This document shows, piece by piece, positions 1 to 8,777 of a DNA stretch of 64,000 nucleotides. A program made the translations under genes and the position numbers. Below the pieces are notes generated by a model that searched no databases, had not been told where the DNA came from, and saw nothing but the letters and a program-made list of their open reading frames with translations. The DNA comes from an uncultured delta proteobacterium (GTDB lineage: Bacteria > Myxococcota_A > UBA9160 > UBA4427). Numbering within the stretch: position 1 is the stretch's first letter; each line of letters begins with the position of its first letter. The stretch lies in NCBI GenBank assembly GCA_963822965.1, contig CAWGJT010000006.1, positions 864,001 through 928,000 of the forward strand. Direction: 5' to 3'.

Positions 1-579
1 AATCGCGGCGACGGCATCTTCGTCGGCAGCGAATCGATCGTCTGGCACAGCACGGTGCGTGAGAACGGAGGCAAGGGAATCGTCGCGGGGGTCGCCTCGA
101 GCATCTCGGAGAACGTCGCGTATGGGAACGGCGGCATCGGAATCCAGGGCTCCACCGGTGCGACCGTCGCGGGCAACACGGTCTACCGGAACGGGGGACA
201 CGGGATCGACGCGGGCAATGGATCGGCGATCTCGGGCAACTCGGTGCACGACAACACTGGCGACGGCATCCACGCCGCCACCGGAGCGACGATCTCGGGC
301 AACTCGACGACTCTGAACCACGGAATCGGCATCGACGCCAGCGAGGGGTCGACCGTATCCGGCAATACGGCGTCCAACAACACCGGCGACGGGATCCAGG
401 TCGCCGTCGGCTCGTTGGTGCAGGGCAACACCGCGTACGCCAACACTGGCTACGGCCTCGATCTCGCCGCCGGCGTCGCCTACCGCGAGAACTCGATCTC
501 GAACAACTTCACGGGCTCGGTGAACGGCGGTCTCGACCTGGGCGCCAACGCCTGCAACGGATCCGTCGGCTGCCCCTGA
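1..579 (+). CDS. Right-handed parallel beta-helix repeat protein, 5' end outside window
   Basis: Frame is open from base 1 (NRGDGIFVGSES...). Repeated 22-aa units such as GNTVYRNGGHGI, GNSVHDNTGDGI, GNTASNNTGDGI. Ends GGLDLGANACNGSVGCP*. Confidence 0.8.
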   Translation, partial: NRGDGIFVGSESIVWHSTVRENGGKGIVAGVASSISENVAYGNGGIGIQGSTGATVAGNTVYRNGGHGIDAGNGSAISGNSVHDNTGDGIHAATGATISGNSTTLNHGIGIDASEGSTVSGNTASNNTGDGIQVAVGSLVQGNTAYANTGYGLDLAAGVAYRENSISNNFTGSVNGGLDLGANACNGSVGCP

Positions 580-615
580 CCCGCCGCACGACTGCTCTCG
601 AGCAACGGCCATCCG

Positions 616-743
616 CGGATAGGAGTTTCAGGCCCCACTTTCCGTTCCAGGACCGATAACTCGACGCTATGTCAAGCAGGGTGCGACGGGATCAGACCCC
701 ATCCCGGGCCCCGTGTCTTTGGGCGAATTTCTCAGGAAGTACG
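616..743 (-). mobile_element. Diverged inverted oriIS-like end within a 128-bp segment flanked by 11-bp direct repeats
   Basis: Minus strand reads TTGACA (675-670) ... GGGGCCTGAAACTCCTATCCG (ends 616). ACGGCCATCCG occurs at 605-615 and 744-754. Confidence 0.45.
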
Positions 744-760
744 ACGGCCATCCGTTTCCC

Positions 761-837
761 GCCACCGGGGAACCCCGGAGGGGTTTGACATAACGCCCCG
801 ACCCGGGCGTCACGCCAGAACCCAGGTTGTTCGTCCT
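761..837 (+). repeat. Dispersed double-hairpin element, copy 1 (IS91/ISCR oriIS-like)
   Basis: GCCACCGGGGAACCCCGGAGGGGTTTGACATAACGCCCCGACCCGGGCGTCACGCCAGAACCCAGGTTGTTCGTCCT; 73/77 identical to 5071-5147. Confidence 0.9.
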
Positions 838-1120
838 TCCATAGGGTCGGAGCGCAAGACGCACTTTCCCCATCGCCGCAGATGCTTCGATCCGGGCCTC
901 TGCTCCCGCTCTGGCTGGGCGTTCTCGAGTTGAGAGTTGGTGCTCGCGGCTCCGCTCGAGCAGCGCTACATGACCTCGTGCGACAACCTGGGCAAAGGTC
1001 GCCAGCTCCCCAGCCGGCAGCTCGGCAGGGTTCGGCGGCCGGGGTGGTTGCCGCCCGAGCCGGTGACCACGTGCGGACCAAGGCGGTTCAGACGAGTCGG
1101 AGCCGCTAGAATCGTCCGCC

Positions 1121-3679
1121 ATGTCTTTTCCGCGCGCGCTGCGCCTAACTACTCGCCCTGCTCGTCTGATCGCTCTGCTCGCCGTCGCGATTGCGTTCGT
1201 CTGGATTTCCGGGCCGGTCGCTCTGGCGGAGACGCCCTCGCCCGGGACGTCCGGGGTCGAGGCGCCTGTCGAGGCCGGGCCAAAGACGGCACAGCCAGTC
1301 CCTCTGGAAGACGTACCCGATCGCGCGGAGGCCACGCGCGCCGAGCTCGATGCCATCGTCCCCAAGGACGCTCCCAGCCAGCTGCTCGAGCGCATCGGCG
1401 CCGAGGTCGACCGCACGCTCCCGGAGGTCGAATCGCTCCTGGCGACGACCCGGAAGACGCTCGCCGCTCAGCCCGGCATCCGCACCCTGAACGAGAGCGA
1501 GGCCGCGCTGAGCGCGATGCAGGAGCGCCTGCGGCCTTGGGACGACGAGCTCGATCGCCAGCTGGCTGCGCTCCGCCCGGCGCTCGCGCGGCTCGACGCG
1601 TTCGCGGGGGACTGGGAGGCGACCGGCGAGGTCGCCCAGCGAGAGGACGCATCCCCGACGACGCTGAATCTCATCTCGGCCGTGCGTCATGAAATCGACC
1701 GGACGCACTCGGCGGTCCTGGCGCGCCGCAACCAGATCCTGGCCGTGCTCGACCGGCTGGTCGATCCGCGCGCTGCGCTCTCGGCCAGCCTCGCAGAGGT
1801 GCAGAGCGAAACCAAAGCGAGGCTCACGGGCATCTTCCGGGTCGATCGGCCGCCGCTGTGGAGTCCACAGGTGCGCGCTTCGCTCCGCCAGGAGTGGGGC
1901 GCGGTCGGGACGGAGTCCTTCTCGCGACGACTGCAGGAGGGCGGGCAATACGCGCGCGAGCAGGCGCGCATGCTCGGGTTTCAGCTCGCGCTCTTCATCG
2001 TGCTCGGTCTCGTCATGCGTTCGCTCCGCGCGCGTGCCCGAGCGAGGACCCAGGACGACTACGACCTGGGAGATGCCGAGAAGGTCTTCGAACGTCCGTG
2101 GGCGATTGCCCTGGTGATGGCGCTCCTACTCAGCAGCCCGCTCCATCCGCTGGCACCGCGGTACGCCGGCGTCTTCGCGGCCGTGCTGATCATCGTGGCC
2201 GTCGTGCGGATCGGCCGGCGCTTCCTGGCTCCCGCGATGGCGCCCCTGGCCTGGGGCTTCGTCGTCCTCTTCGTCGTCGATCGAAGCCGCGTCCTGCTGG
2301 ACACGGCGCCAACACTCGATCGCGTCGCATTCCTGATGGAAATGGCCGCCGCGCTCGCCTTCCTTTTCTGGCTCCTGCGTCCGCACCGGCTCGCCGCCAT
2401 CCCAACGGAGCTGTTGCGGGCTCCGTTCATGCGAGTCCTCGGCGTCGCCATGCGCGTGGCGGTCGTCCTGCTCGCGCTCGCCATCGCGGCCGACCTGGCG
2501 GGTTGGGGCGATCTCTCCGGCATGCTCGGAAGAGGCGCACTGCGGAGCAGCTTCGTGGGCTTCACCGCCTTCGTGCTCTTCAAGATGGTCGGCAGCCTGG
2601 CGGCCTTCGCGCTGCTTCTATGGCCGCTCAGGCTGCTGCGCTCGATCTCCCAGAATCGACTGCTGGTCCGTCACCGCATCGACCAGGTGCTGGGCGTGGG
2701 CGTTGCCGTCCTGTGGGCCACGGTCGTGCTCGGGCAGCTCGACCTGCTCGGTCCCATCATCGCTGGCGTCGACCGGGTGCTCGGCGCCGCCGTCTCCGTC
2801 GGTGCGCTCTCCGTCTCGGTGCGCGACGTGATGTCATTCGCACTCACCGTCTGGCTCTCGTACCTGCTCGCGCACCTCGTGGACTTCGTCCTCCGTGAGG
2901 ACGTATTCACGCGCATTCGAACCGGCCGCGGCGTGCCGTACGCCATCTCGGGCCTCGTGCGGTACACGTTGGTCTTCTTCGGCTTTCTCGTAGGCCTCTC
3001 GGCGGCGGGCTTCGAGCTCACGAAGCTCACCGTCATCATCGGTGGCCTCGGGGTCGGCGTCGGCTTCGGCCTCCAGAACGTAGTGAGCAACTTCGCATCG
3101 GGCTTGATCCTGCTCTTCGAGCGCCCGATCCAGGTGGGCGACACCGTGCAGCTACCCGACGTCTGGGGCTCGATGAAACGCATCGGGATCCGCGCGAGTG
3201 TGATCCGCAGATTCGACGGAGCCGACGTCATCGTGCCGAACTCGATGCTCATCTCCGACCAGGTCACGAACTGGACCTACGGGGACAGGCTTCGGCGCAT
3301 GGAGATCGACGTGGGCGTCGAGTACGGCACCCCCGCTCGGCGCGTGATCGATCTGCTCGTCGCAGTCGCGAAGGCGAATCCCAAGGTCATCGCCAATCCG
3401 GAGCCTCGCGCCTACTTCACCGACTTCGGCGACAGCTCTCTCGACTTCAAGCTCCGCGTCTGGGTCGAGAACTTCGACGACGGCTATTCGACCCGGAGCG
3501 ACATCGCCGTCGCCGTCCAGCAGGCGCTCGACGAGGCGGGCATCGGCGTGCCCTTCCCGCAGCGCGATCTGCATCTGGTCAGCGTGAGCCCGACCGCGGC
3601 GGCGGACCTTCGCAGCGATGCGTCGCAATCCGCCGAACCCGACACGACCTCGGGTTCGGCCTCGCATTCGGGTGAGTAG
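1121..3679 (+). CDS. Large MscS/MscK-family mechanosensitive channel
   Basis: Signal peptide, helical periplasmic region, many TM helices, then the MscS core GGLGVGVGFGLQNVVSNFASGLILLFERPIQVGD ... IVPNS ... GIGVPFPQRDLH. Confidence 0.92.
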   Translation: MSFPRALRLTTRPARLIALLAVAIAFVWISGPVALAETPSPGTSGVEAPVEAGPKTAQPVPLEDVPDRAEATRAELDAIVPKDAPSQLLERIGAEVDRTLPEVESLLATTRKTLAAQPGIRTLNESEAALSAMQERLRPWDDELDRQLAALRPALARLDAFAGDWEATGEVAQREDASPTTLNLISAVRHEIDRTHSAVLARRNQILAVLDRLVDPRAALSASLAEVQSETKARLTGIFRVDRPPLWSPQVRASLRQEWGAVGTESFSRRLQEGGQYAREQARMLGFQLALFIVLGLVMRSLRARARARTQDDYDLGDAEKVFERPWAIALVMALLLSSPLHPLAPRYAGVFAAVLIIVAVVRIGRRFLAPAMAPLAWGFVVLFVVDRSRVLLDTAPTLDRVAFLMEMAAALAFLFWLLRPHRLAAIPTELLRAPFMRVLGVAMRVAVVLLALAIAADLAGWGDLSGMLGRGALRSSFVGFTAFVLFKMVGSLAAFALLLWPLRLLRSISQNRLLVRHRIDQVLGVGVAVLWATVVLGQLDLLGPIIAGVDRVLGAAVSVGALSVSVRDVMSFALTVWLSYLLAHLVDFVLREDVFTRIRTGRGVPYAISGLVRYTLVFFGFLVGLSAAGFELTKLTVIIGGLGVGVGFGLQNVVSNFASGLILLFERPIQVGDTVQLPDVWGSMKRIGIRASVIRRFDGADVIVPNSMLISDQVTNWTYGDRLRRMEIDVGVEYGTPARRVIDLLVAVAKANPKVIANPEPRAYFTDFGDSSLDFKLRVWVENFDDGYSTRSDIAVAVQQALDEAGIGVPFPQRDLHLVSVSPTAAADLRSDASQSAEPDTTSGSASHSGE

Positions 3680-3687
3680 AGCTGAGC

Positions 3688-5049
3688 GTGTCTCCTTTGG
3701 AACGAATGGGCTGGTACGCGCGTCGGCTGTGGTGCGTCCTTCCAGCCTCGGTGGTCTTCGCGTCTGCCGCCCCCGCCGCCGAGCGGGAGCTGCAGGAGGC
3801 GCCGCCTCCGAGCTCCGTCGCCGAGATCCGGACCGCGATCCAGCGGATCATCACCCTGCCGCCGGAAAAGAGACGGGCGCTCGTCCCGTGGCTCCACGAG
3901 CCGCTGCAAGAGCTACCGCCCTTCTTCGCCGACACCCAGCTCGAAGCGCGCTTCCGCACCTACTACCTGCGCGAGGACCGAACGAACGGCGTGCTCAGCG
4001 AGGCCTGGGCCATGGGCGGATCGATCTACTACCGCTCGGGCTGGCTCGCGGATTTCTTCCAGGCCGAGGTCGAGGGCTTCACTTCGCAGCCGATCGTCGC
4101 TCCGGAGAGCAAGGGCGGTACGGCGCTGCTCCAGCCGGTGCAGGACGGCTACAGCGTCCTCGGCATCGCGAACGGCAAGCTCCGCTACAAGGGAATCGAG
4201 CTCACCGGAGGCCGCCTCTACCTGGACCTGCCCTTCGTGAATCAGGACGACAGCCGCATGACCCCGAACACCTTCGAGGCCATCACCCTGCAGAAGCCCG
4301 GGGGAGAGCTCGGGTTCACCACGGGCTACGCGTGGAACATCAAGGAGCAGACCTCCAAGGATTTCGTCTCCTTTCCGGAAGCCACGGGGCTGAACGAAGA
4401 GCGTGGCCTCGCCTGGGGCGGCTTGACCTGGCAACCGAACGAGAGCTTCCACGGCGGGGCATATGCCGGCGCCGTTCCCGACCTCGGCGGAAAAGCCTAT
4501 GCCGAGCTGGGCGTCAGGCGCGAGCTGGCGGACGGATGGGATGGGCGGATCGACGGGCAGTTCACGTACCAATTCGATGTCGGCGAGGATCTCCTGGGTG
4601 ACGCGACGAAGGACACCTGGAACCTCGCGATCCGTCCTGCCGTGAGTCACGCGGGAGCGGTCTTCCGCGTGGGCGTGGCCTTTGCCGGCCCGAACGCCAC
4701 CACGGGCTTCTTCGGATCGAGCCCGAGCTACGTCGATCTCATGCAGGAAACCTTCGACCGGCCCAGGGAGAAGGCGCTCCTGGCCAGCCTCTCCTACGAC
4801 TTCGCGGGGGTCGGCATCGACGGTCTCTCCACCATCGCGAACTTCGTGGCCGGCTTCGACGGCAAGGTCGATGGCGGTCGCAGCGACAGGCAAGAGGCGG
4901 ACCTGACGATCGACTACCGCGTGACGAAGGAAGGCTGGATGAAGAGCTTGTGGCTGCGGGTGCGCGGCTCATGGCTCCACGACCAATCCGCTGACCAGGA
5001 CGGTACCCAGGTGCGGGTCATCCTGCGGTACGACCTGCCGGTGATCTGA
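3688..5049 (+). CDS. OprD-family-like outer membrane porin
   Basis: Signal peptide, FRTYYLR, YRSGW, DSRMTPNTFEA, C-terminal RVILRYDLPVI beta strand. Starts 8 bp after the channel gene. Confidence 0.75.
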   Translation: MSPLERMGWYARRLWCVLPASVVFASAAPAAERELQEAPPPSSVAEIRTAIQRIITLPPEKRRALVPWLHEPLQELPPFFADTQLEARFRTYYLREDRTNGVLSEAWAMGGSIYYRSGWLADFFQAEVEGFTSQPIVAPESKGGTALLQPVQDGYSVLGIANGKLRYKGIELTGGRLYLDLPFVNQDDSRMTPNTFEAITLQKPGGELGFTTGYAWNIKEQTSKDFVSFPEATGLNEERGLAWGGLTWQPNESFHGGAYAGAVPDLGGKAYAELGVRRELADGWDGRIDGQFTYQFDVGEDLLGDATKDTWNLAIRPAVSHAGAVFRVGVAFAGPNATTGFFGSSPSYVDLMQETFDRPREKALLASLSYDFAGVGIDGLSTIANFVAGFDGKVDGGRSDRQEADLTIDYRVTKEGWMKSLWLRVRGSWLHDQSADQDGTQVRVILRYDLPVI

Positions 5050-5070
5050 GCGCCCCACCCCACCAGGCCG

Positions 5071-5153
5071 GCCACCGGGGAACCCCGGATGGGTTTGACA
5101 TGACGCCCCTACCCGGGCGTCACGCCAGAACCCAGCTTGTTCGTCCTATGCTC
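5071..5153 (+). repeat. Dispersed double-hairpin element, copy 2 (most complete, ends GCTTGTTCGTCCTATGCTC)
   Basis: Hairpins CCGGGG-AA-CCCCGG and TGACGCCC-ctaccc-GGGCGTCA flank TTGACA. Near-identical to 761-837. Confidence 0.9.
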
Positions 5154-5155
5154 CC

Positions 5156-5218
5156 GTGAGCACCGGCGGACTCGACATGGGCGCGAACTCCTGCAACGGA
5201 ACCCCGGCCTGCCCGTGA
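5156..5218 (+). pseudogene. 3' remnant of a beta-helix protein paralog
   Basis: Translates VSTGGLDMGANSCNGTPACP*, matching the C-terminus of 1..579 (VNGGLDLGANACNGSVGCP*). Confidence 0.8.
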
Positions 5219-5282
5219 GCCGGGGGCGGCCGTCTCCCGCTGGAAGACGTCTGGGACGCGGTCCTGGCTTACCCCGTCGGAT

Positions 5283-7005
5283 TCAGTTCGGGGAGGAAGC
5301 GCCCGGCGCGAGCCCCTCCGAATCCTCGCGGTCGGCTGCGGAATCCGGATCGGCGCCGAGGGATTGCAGATGGCGCGTGGCTCGCTCGATCCGCCTGAAA
5401 TCCCCGCTCCGCGCGGCAAGCGCCCCGACCCGGCGCCACGCGGCGATCCCCTCCTCGACGCGCCCACCGAGCTCGTAGGCCAGCGCCAGATTGTTCCAGG
5501 TCGAGATCGCGTTCGGGCTCTCGACCAGCGAATCCCGATAGGCGTCGATCGCCTCGTCCCAGCGTCCGAGCTCCCGGTACTTGTTTCCGAGGTTGTAGTA
5601 CGCCATGTGCATGCGATTCTCGTTCGCCAGCGGAAGATGGACCAGGACCGCGAGCCCCCCGAGCGCGAGGATCCGGATCCCGCTCGCGACCCAGTCGCGC
5701 GCTCGGAGTCGATCGAAGAGATCCACCGCAGCGAAGGCGGCGAAGGGGATCAGCACGACGACCCCCGGCAGCCGATAGCGCGAGAGGACGAAGAAGGTCA
5801 TCGCGGTCGCGAGATAGACGACGATCGTGGCGTGGACCGGGGCCAGCTCCCGCCAGCGGCGCCCCGTCGACGCGAGCCCGATCAACGAGAAAGGCGCGAG
5901 CAGCCCGAAGGAGACGAGCGGAAGCCGGAGCACCCACGAGAATCGTCGCGACACGTCGATCGACCGGTTGTTCCAGACCTCGTAGGCATTCCAGAAGAGC
6001 CCGAACTTCTTCGCCTCGAGTCGCAACCAATGGAGCGGGTCGGCGCGGATCTCTTCCAGCGTGCGCCCGGACCAGAACGACGAGACCTCGGAGGGCTTGA
6101 GCGATCGCCCGGTCGCTCGCTCCGCCGCCTCCCGGAAGGCCAGGCGCAGCGCCGGCGGCGTATCGGCGCGTTCGCGCGCCCCGATCGGCGGAAGCTTCCA
6201 GGTGCCGTCCGCATGGCGATGATTGCCCATGAAGAGATTCTCACCGCCGGTCGAGTTGAGCAGGACGAGATCGTCCCCGGCCAGATAGTTCTTCAGGGTG
6301 AAGGGCAGGATCAGGGCCAGGATCACGCCAGCAAAGGTCGCGCTCCACGCCAGGCGTCGACCGACACGGTCGGGCCCTCTCGCACCGAAGACGATCCACG
6401 CGACCATGATCGGCGCGATCAACAGGACGCTCTCGCGCGCCAGCACCGAGAGACCCAGGATTCCGCCGCAGAGCGCCCACCGCGCGAGCCCCGGTCGGCG
6501 CAACGCGCGCAACGCCGACCATACGAAGTCCAGCCACGAGCGGGACCTGCAGGTTCACCAGCATCACGGTGCCGCCGTAGAAGATCAGCATGCCGTAGAG
6601 GGCGGCGATCAGCCCGGAGAGCGCCGCGACCCTTCGATCGAAGAGCTCGCGAGCCAGACCCCACACGAGCACGCAGGTCCCGGCGCCGAGCACGGCCTGC
6701 ACGTCCCTCAGGATCGGCAGTCCCTCTCCAAAGACCGCGTAGACCATCGAGATGAAGATCGGATAGAGCGGTCCGAGATAGAGCACGCCCTTCCCCAGCC
6801 ATTCGCCGGCGAGGAGCTGCCTCGCCCATTCGTCGTAGAGCCGGCCGTCGACGCTCCCAATCGTGAAGAAGGGATCGTGGAGGCCGATCTCGCGAAAGTG
6901 CAGGCGTCGAAGGACGAGCGCGACCAGGAAGACGAAGCACGCAACGGCGAGGTCGCGGGACCACCAGGTCGTAGCAGGCGGCGATTCAGGCGACAGATCG
7001 GGCAC
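5283..7005 (-). CDS. GT-C (ArnT/PMT-like, family 39) glycosyltransferase with C-terminal TPRs; one +1 frameshift near 6526-6535
   Basis: N-part VDGRLYDEWA...GPLYP (ORF 6241..7005) joins C-part GGENLFMGN...SRYRLP...AYYNLGNKY (ORF 5283..6512) on removal of one base. Confidence 0.8.
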
Positions 7006-7044
7006 GCGGGGATTATATGACGCACCGGCGCCCTGGCGGGCGAT

Positions 7045-7791
7045 TCATCGCTGATCGGCCTCCGCGGTGGATTGGCCCAGCTCGTGCCCGAAGGCCAGTG
7101 CGTCCTGATCGTCGAGTCCAAGCTGTTGGCGCAGCCGGCTCAGCACGACCCGTTCGACGGGGGAGATCCCTCCATCACGCATCGCCTCGGCAACCGCTTC
7201 GCCGTAGATCTGCAGCTGTCGATAGGACCGGTATTCCGGCGTGTCGCGCACCGAGGGCATCGCCTGGCTCGCGAACCGCTCGACCGCACGCTGGAGCGGC
7301 GCCAGGGCGAAGCCGAGCGCACCGGCCGCGAGGATGCCGGTCACGCTGCCGAGCTGATCGGAGAGGAAGTTGGCGGCCCCTTCGGACACCACGTAGAAGA
7401 CCGCGACGAAGACCGCGGCGATCGCGCCGCGCTCGAGCGTCCATTTCACCTTCAGATCGATGTCGAAGAGATTGGCGTTCTCGACACCGTAGGCGGTCAG
7501 CACGACGTAGAGAACGAGTCCGCACGTGGTCAACGCGCTGAATAGCCAAGGCACGCTGACGATGACGCCCGAGGCCCCGAAGAGCGCACCGGTGAGCCCG
7601 ATCGAGTAGACGACGCCCCAGCTCGCGCCGCGCGCGCCGAAGGCCAGGGCGAGCATCGGCGCCTGGTGGCGTGCGAGGGGACCGTGCGCGGCGTGCCGAG
7701 CGACCAACGTGGCAATCAGCCCGAAGGAGTAGCTGAGGACGAGCAATGCAAAGAGAGCCCGCCACCGGGGAACTCCGGAGGGATTTGACAT
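7045..7791 (-). pseudogene. Probably 5'-truncated multi-TM membrane protein with helical C-terminal domain
   Basis: Hydrophobic helices, LFDIDLKVKWTL, PLQRAVERFA, C-terminal GGISPVERVVLSRLRQQLGL. The only nearby ATG (7791) lies inside repeat copy 3. Confidence 0.6.
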
Positions 7792-7807
7792 AACGCCCCT
7801 ACCCGGG
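7761..7807 (+). repeat. Dispersed double-hairpin element, copy 3 (3'-truncated or decayed)
   Basis: GCCACCGGGGAACTCCGGAGGGATTTGACATAACGCCCCTACCCGGG; 44/47 identical to copy 1, same left boundary. Confidence 0.88.
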
Positions 7808-7902
7808 GCTTCCTCGTGGGGTCTTCGTCCGGCGCCCACTCGTGGAGGAGATCCCGGGACGCTTATCGCGTAGCATCGCCGGGAGCCTTGCTGGAGCTGC
7901 AG

Positions 7903-8691
7903 ATGTCGTCGAAGTGGCGTGCGATGGGTCGGACGGTCGCGGTAGGGGCCGGCATTCTCCTGATGGCCGGGTCGGTGGGCGCGGAAACCGTCCTCATCGA
8001 GGCGGTCGCCGACGCGACGCTCATCCAGGACCCCGACGGGGCGCTCGCCAACGGCTCGGGGCCCGTGTTCTTCGTCGGTCGCAACAACCAGCGCGAGAAC
8101 AGCGTGCGTCGGTCCGTCGTCCGCTTCGACGTCGCGTCGGCCCTGCCCGCGAGGGCCCGGATCGAGGACGTGCGGCTCACCCTCTACATGACACCCAGCA
8201 ACGCGGCTCCGCGAATGCTCCGTCTCCACCGTGTGCTGAGCGCCTGGGGCGAGGGGGATTCGTACGCCACGGGAGGCGGCGGAGCGACGTCGTCCCCGGG
8301 CGACGCGACGTGGATTCACACGCTCTACGACGAGCTTCGCTGGCGACATGCGGGTGGCGACTTCGTTCCGCGCATGAGCGCCGTGCGGAGGGTCGCCGGC
8401 TCGGGGCTCTACGCCTGGGAGGGCACGCGGAAGATGAAGGCGGACGTCCTCCTGTGGCTGTGGGCTCCGCAGCGCAACTTCGGCTGGATCCTCATCGGGG
8501 ACGAGAGCAGCCCACAGACGGCGAAGAGCTTTGCGAGCCGGGAAGCGCCGGATCCCTCGATCCGGCCCGTGCTCGAGGTGCGGTACCGCCTCCCGGGACG
8601 TCAGGCGGCCGCCGAGCCGCCTTGCGGTTGGCGGGGCGCGATGCACCAGCCCGCGCGGGCAGTGTGCCCCCTTGTCCCGCACGGTCGCTGA
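7903..8691 (+). CDS. Secreted DNRLRE/CBM96-like domain protein
   Basis: Signal peptide, ADATLI, RRSVVRFDV, WGEGDS, GDATW, NFGWILIGDE, RPVLEVRY. Paralogous to the N-domain of the next gene. Confidence 0.7.
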   Translation: MSSKWRAMGRTVAVGAGILLMAGSVGAETVLIEAVADATLIQDPDGALANGSGPVFFVGRNNQRENSVRRSVVRFDVASALPARARIEDVRLTLYMTPSNAAPRMLRLHRVLSAWGEGDSYATGGGGATSSPGDATWIHTLYDELRWRHAGGDFVPRMSAVRRVAGSGLYAWEGTRKMKADVLLWLWAPQRNFGWILIGDESSPQTAKSFASREAPDPSIRPVLEVRYRLPGRQAAAEPPCGWRGAMHQPARAVCPLVPHGR

Positions 8692-8777
8692 GCGGGAAGT
8701 TTTTCCCAAACCAGGGCGCTCGGGACGGGTCCGTGACCGGCACGCAATGTGCAGAACCCTGCCAGGGAGGTTCTGCG

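Noticed and set aside
688..700. GGGATCAGACCCC as a RAYT-associated REP
   Set aside because: Single imperfect copy and no RAYT gene in the window.
785..815. TTGACA in the repeat as a complete sigma70 promoter
   Set aside because: No recognisable -10 hexamer 16-18 nt downstream in any copy.
838..1100. Gene fragment between repeat copy 1 and the MscS gene
   Set aside because: Open frames exist but none could be assigned to a family by eye.
761..7807. Repeats as a CRISPR array or integron attC sites
   Set aside because: Spacing is kilobases and no cas genes are present. No RYYYAAC...GTTRRRY-bounded single hairpin, no integron integrase, and the modules contain genes on both strands.
7842..8777. 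N-terminal extension of the 1169-aa ORF
   Set aside because: Off-frame overlap with the DNRLRE gene; RBS and signal peptide place the start at 8778.
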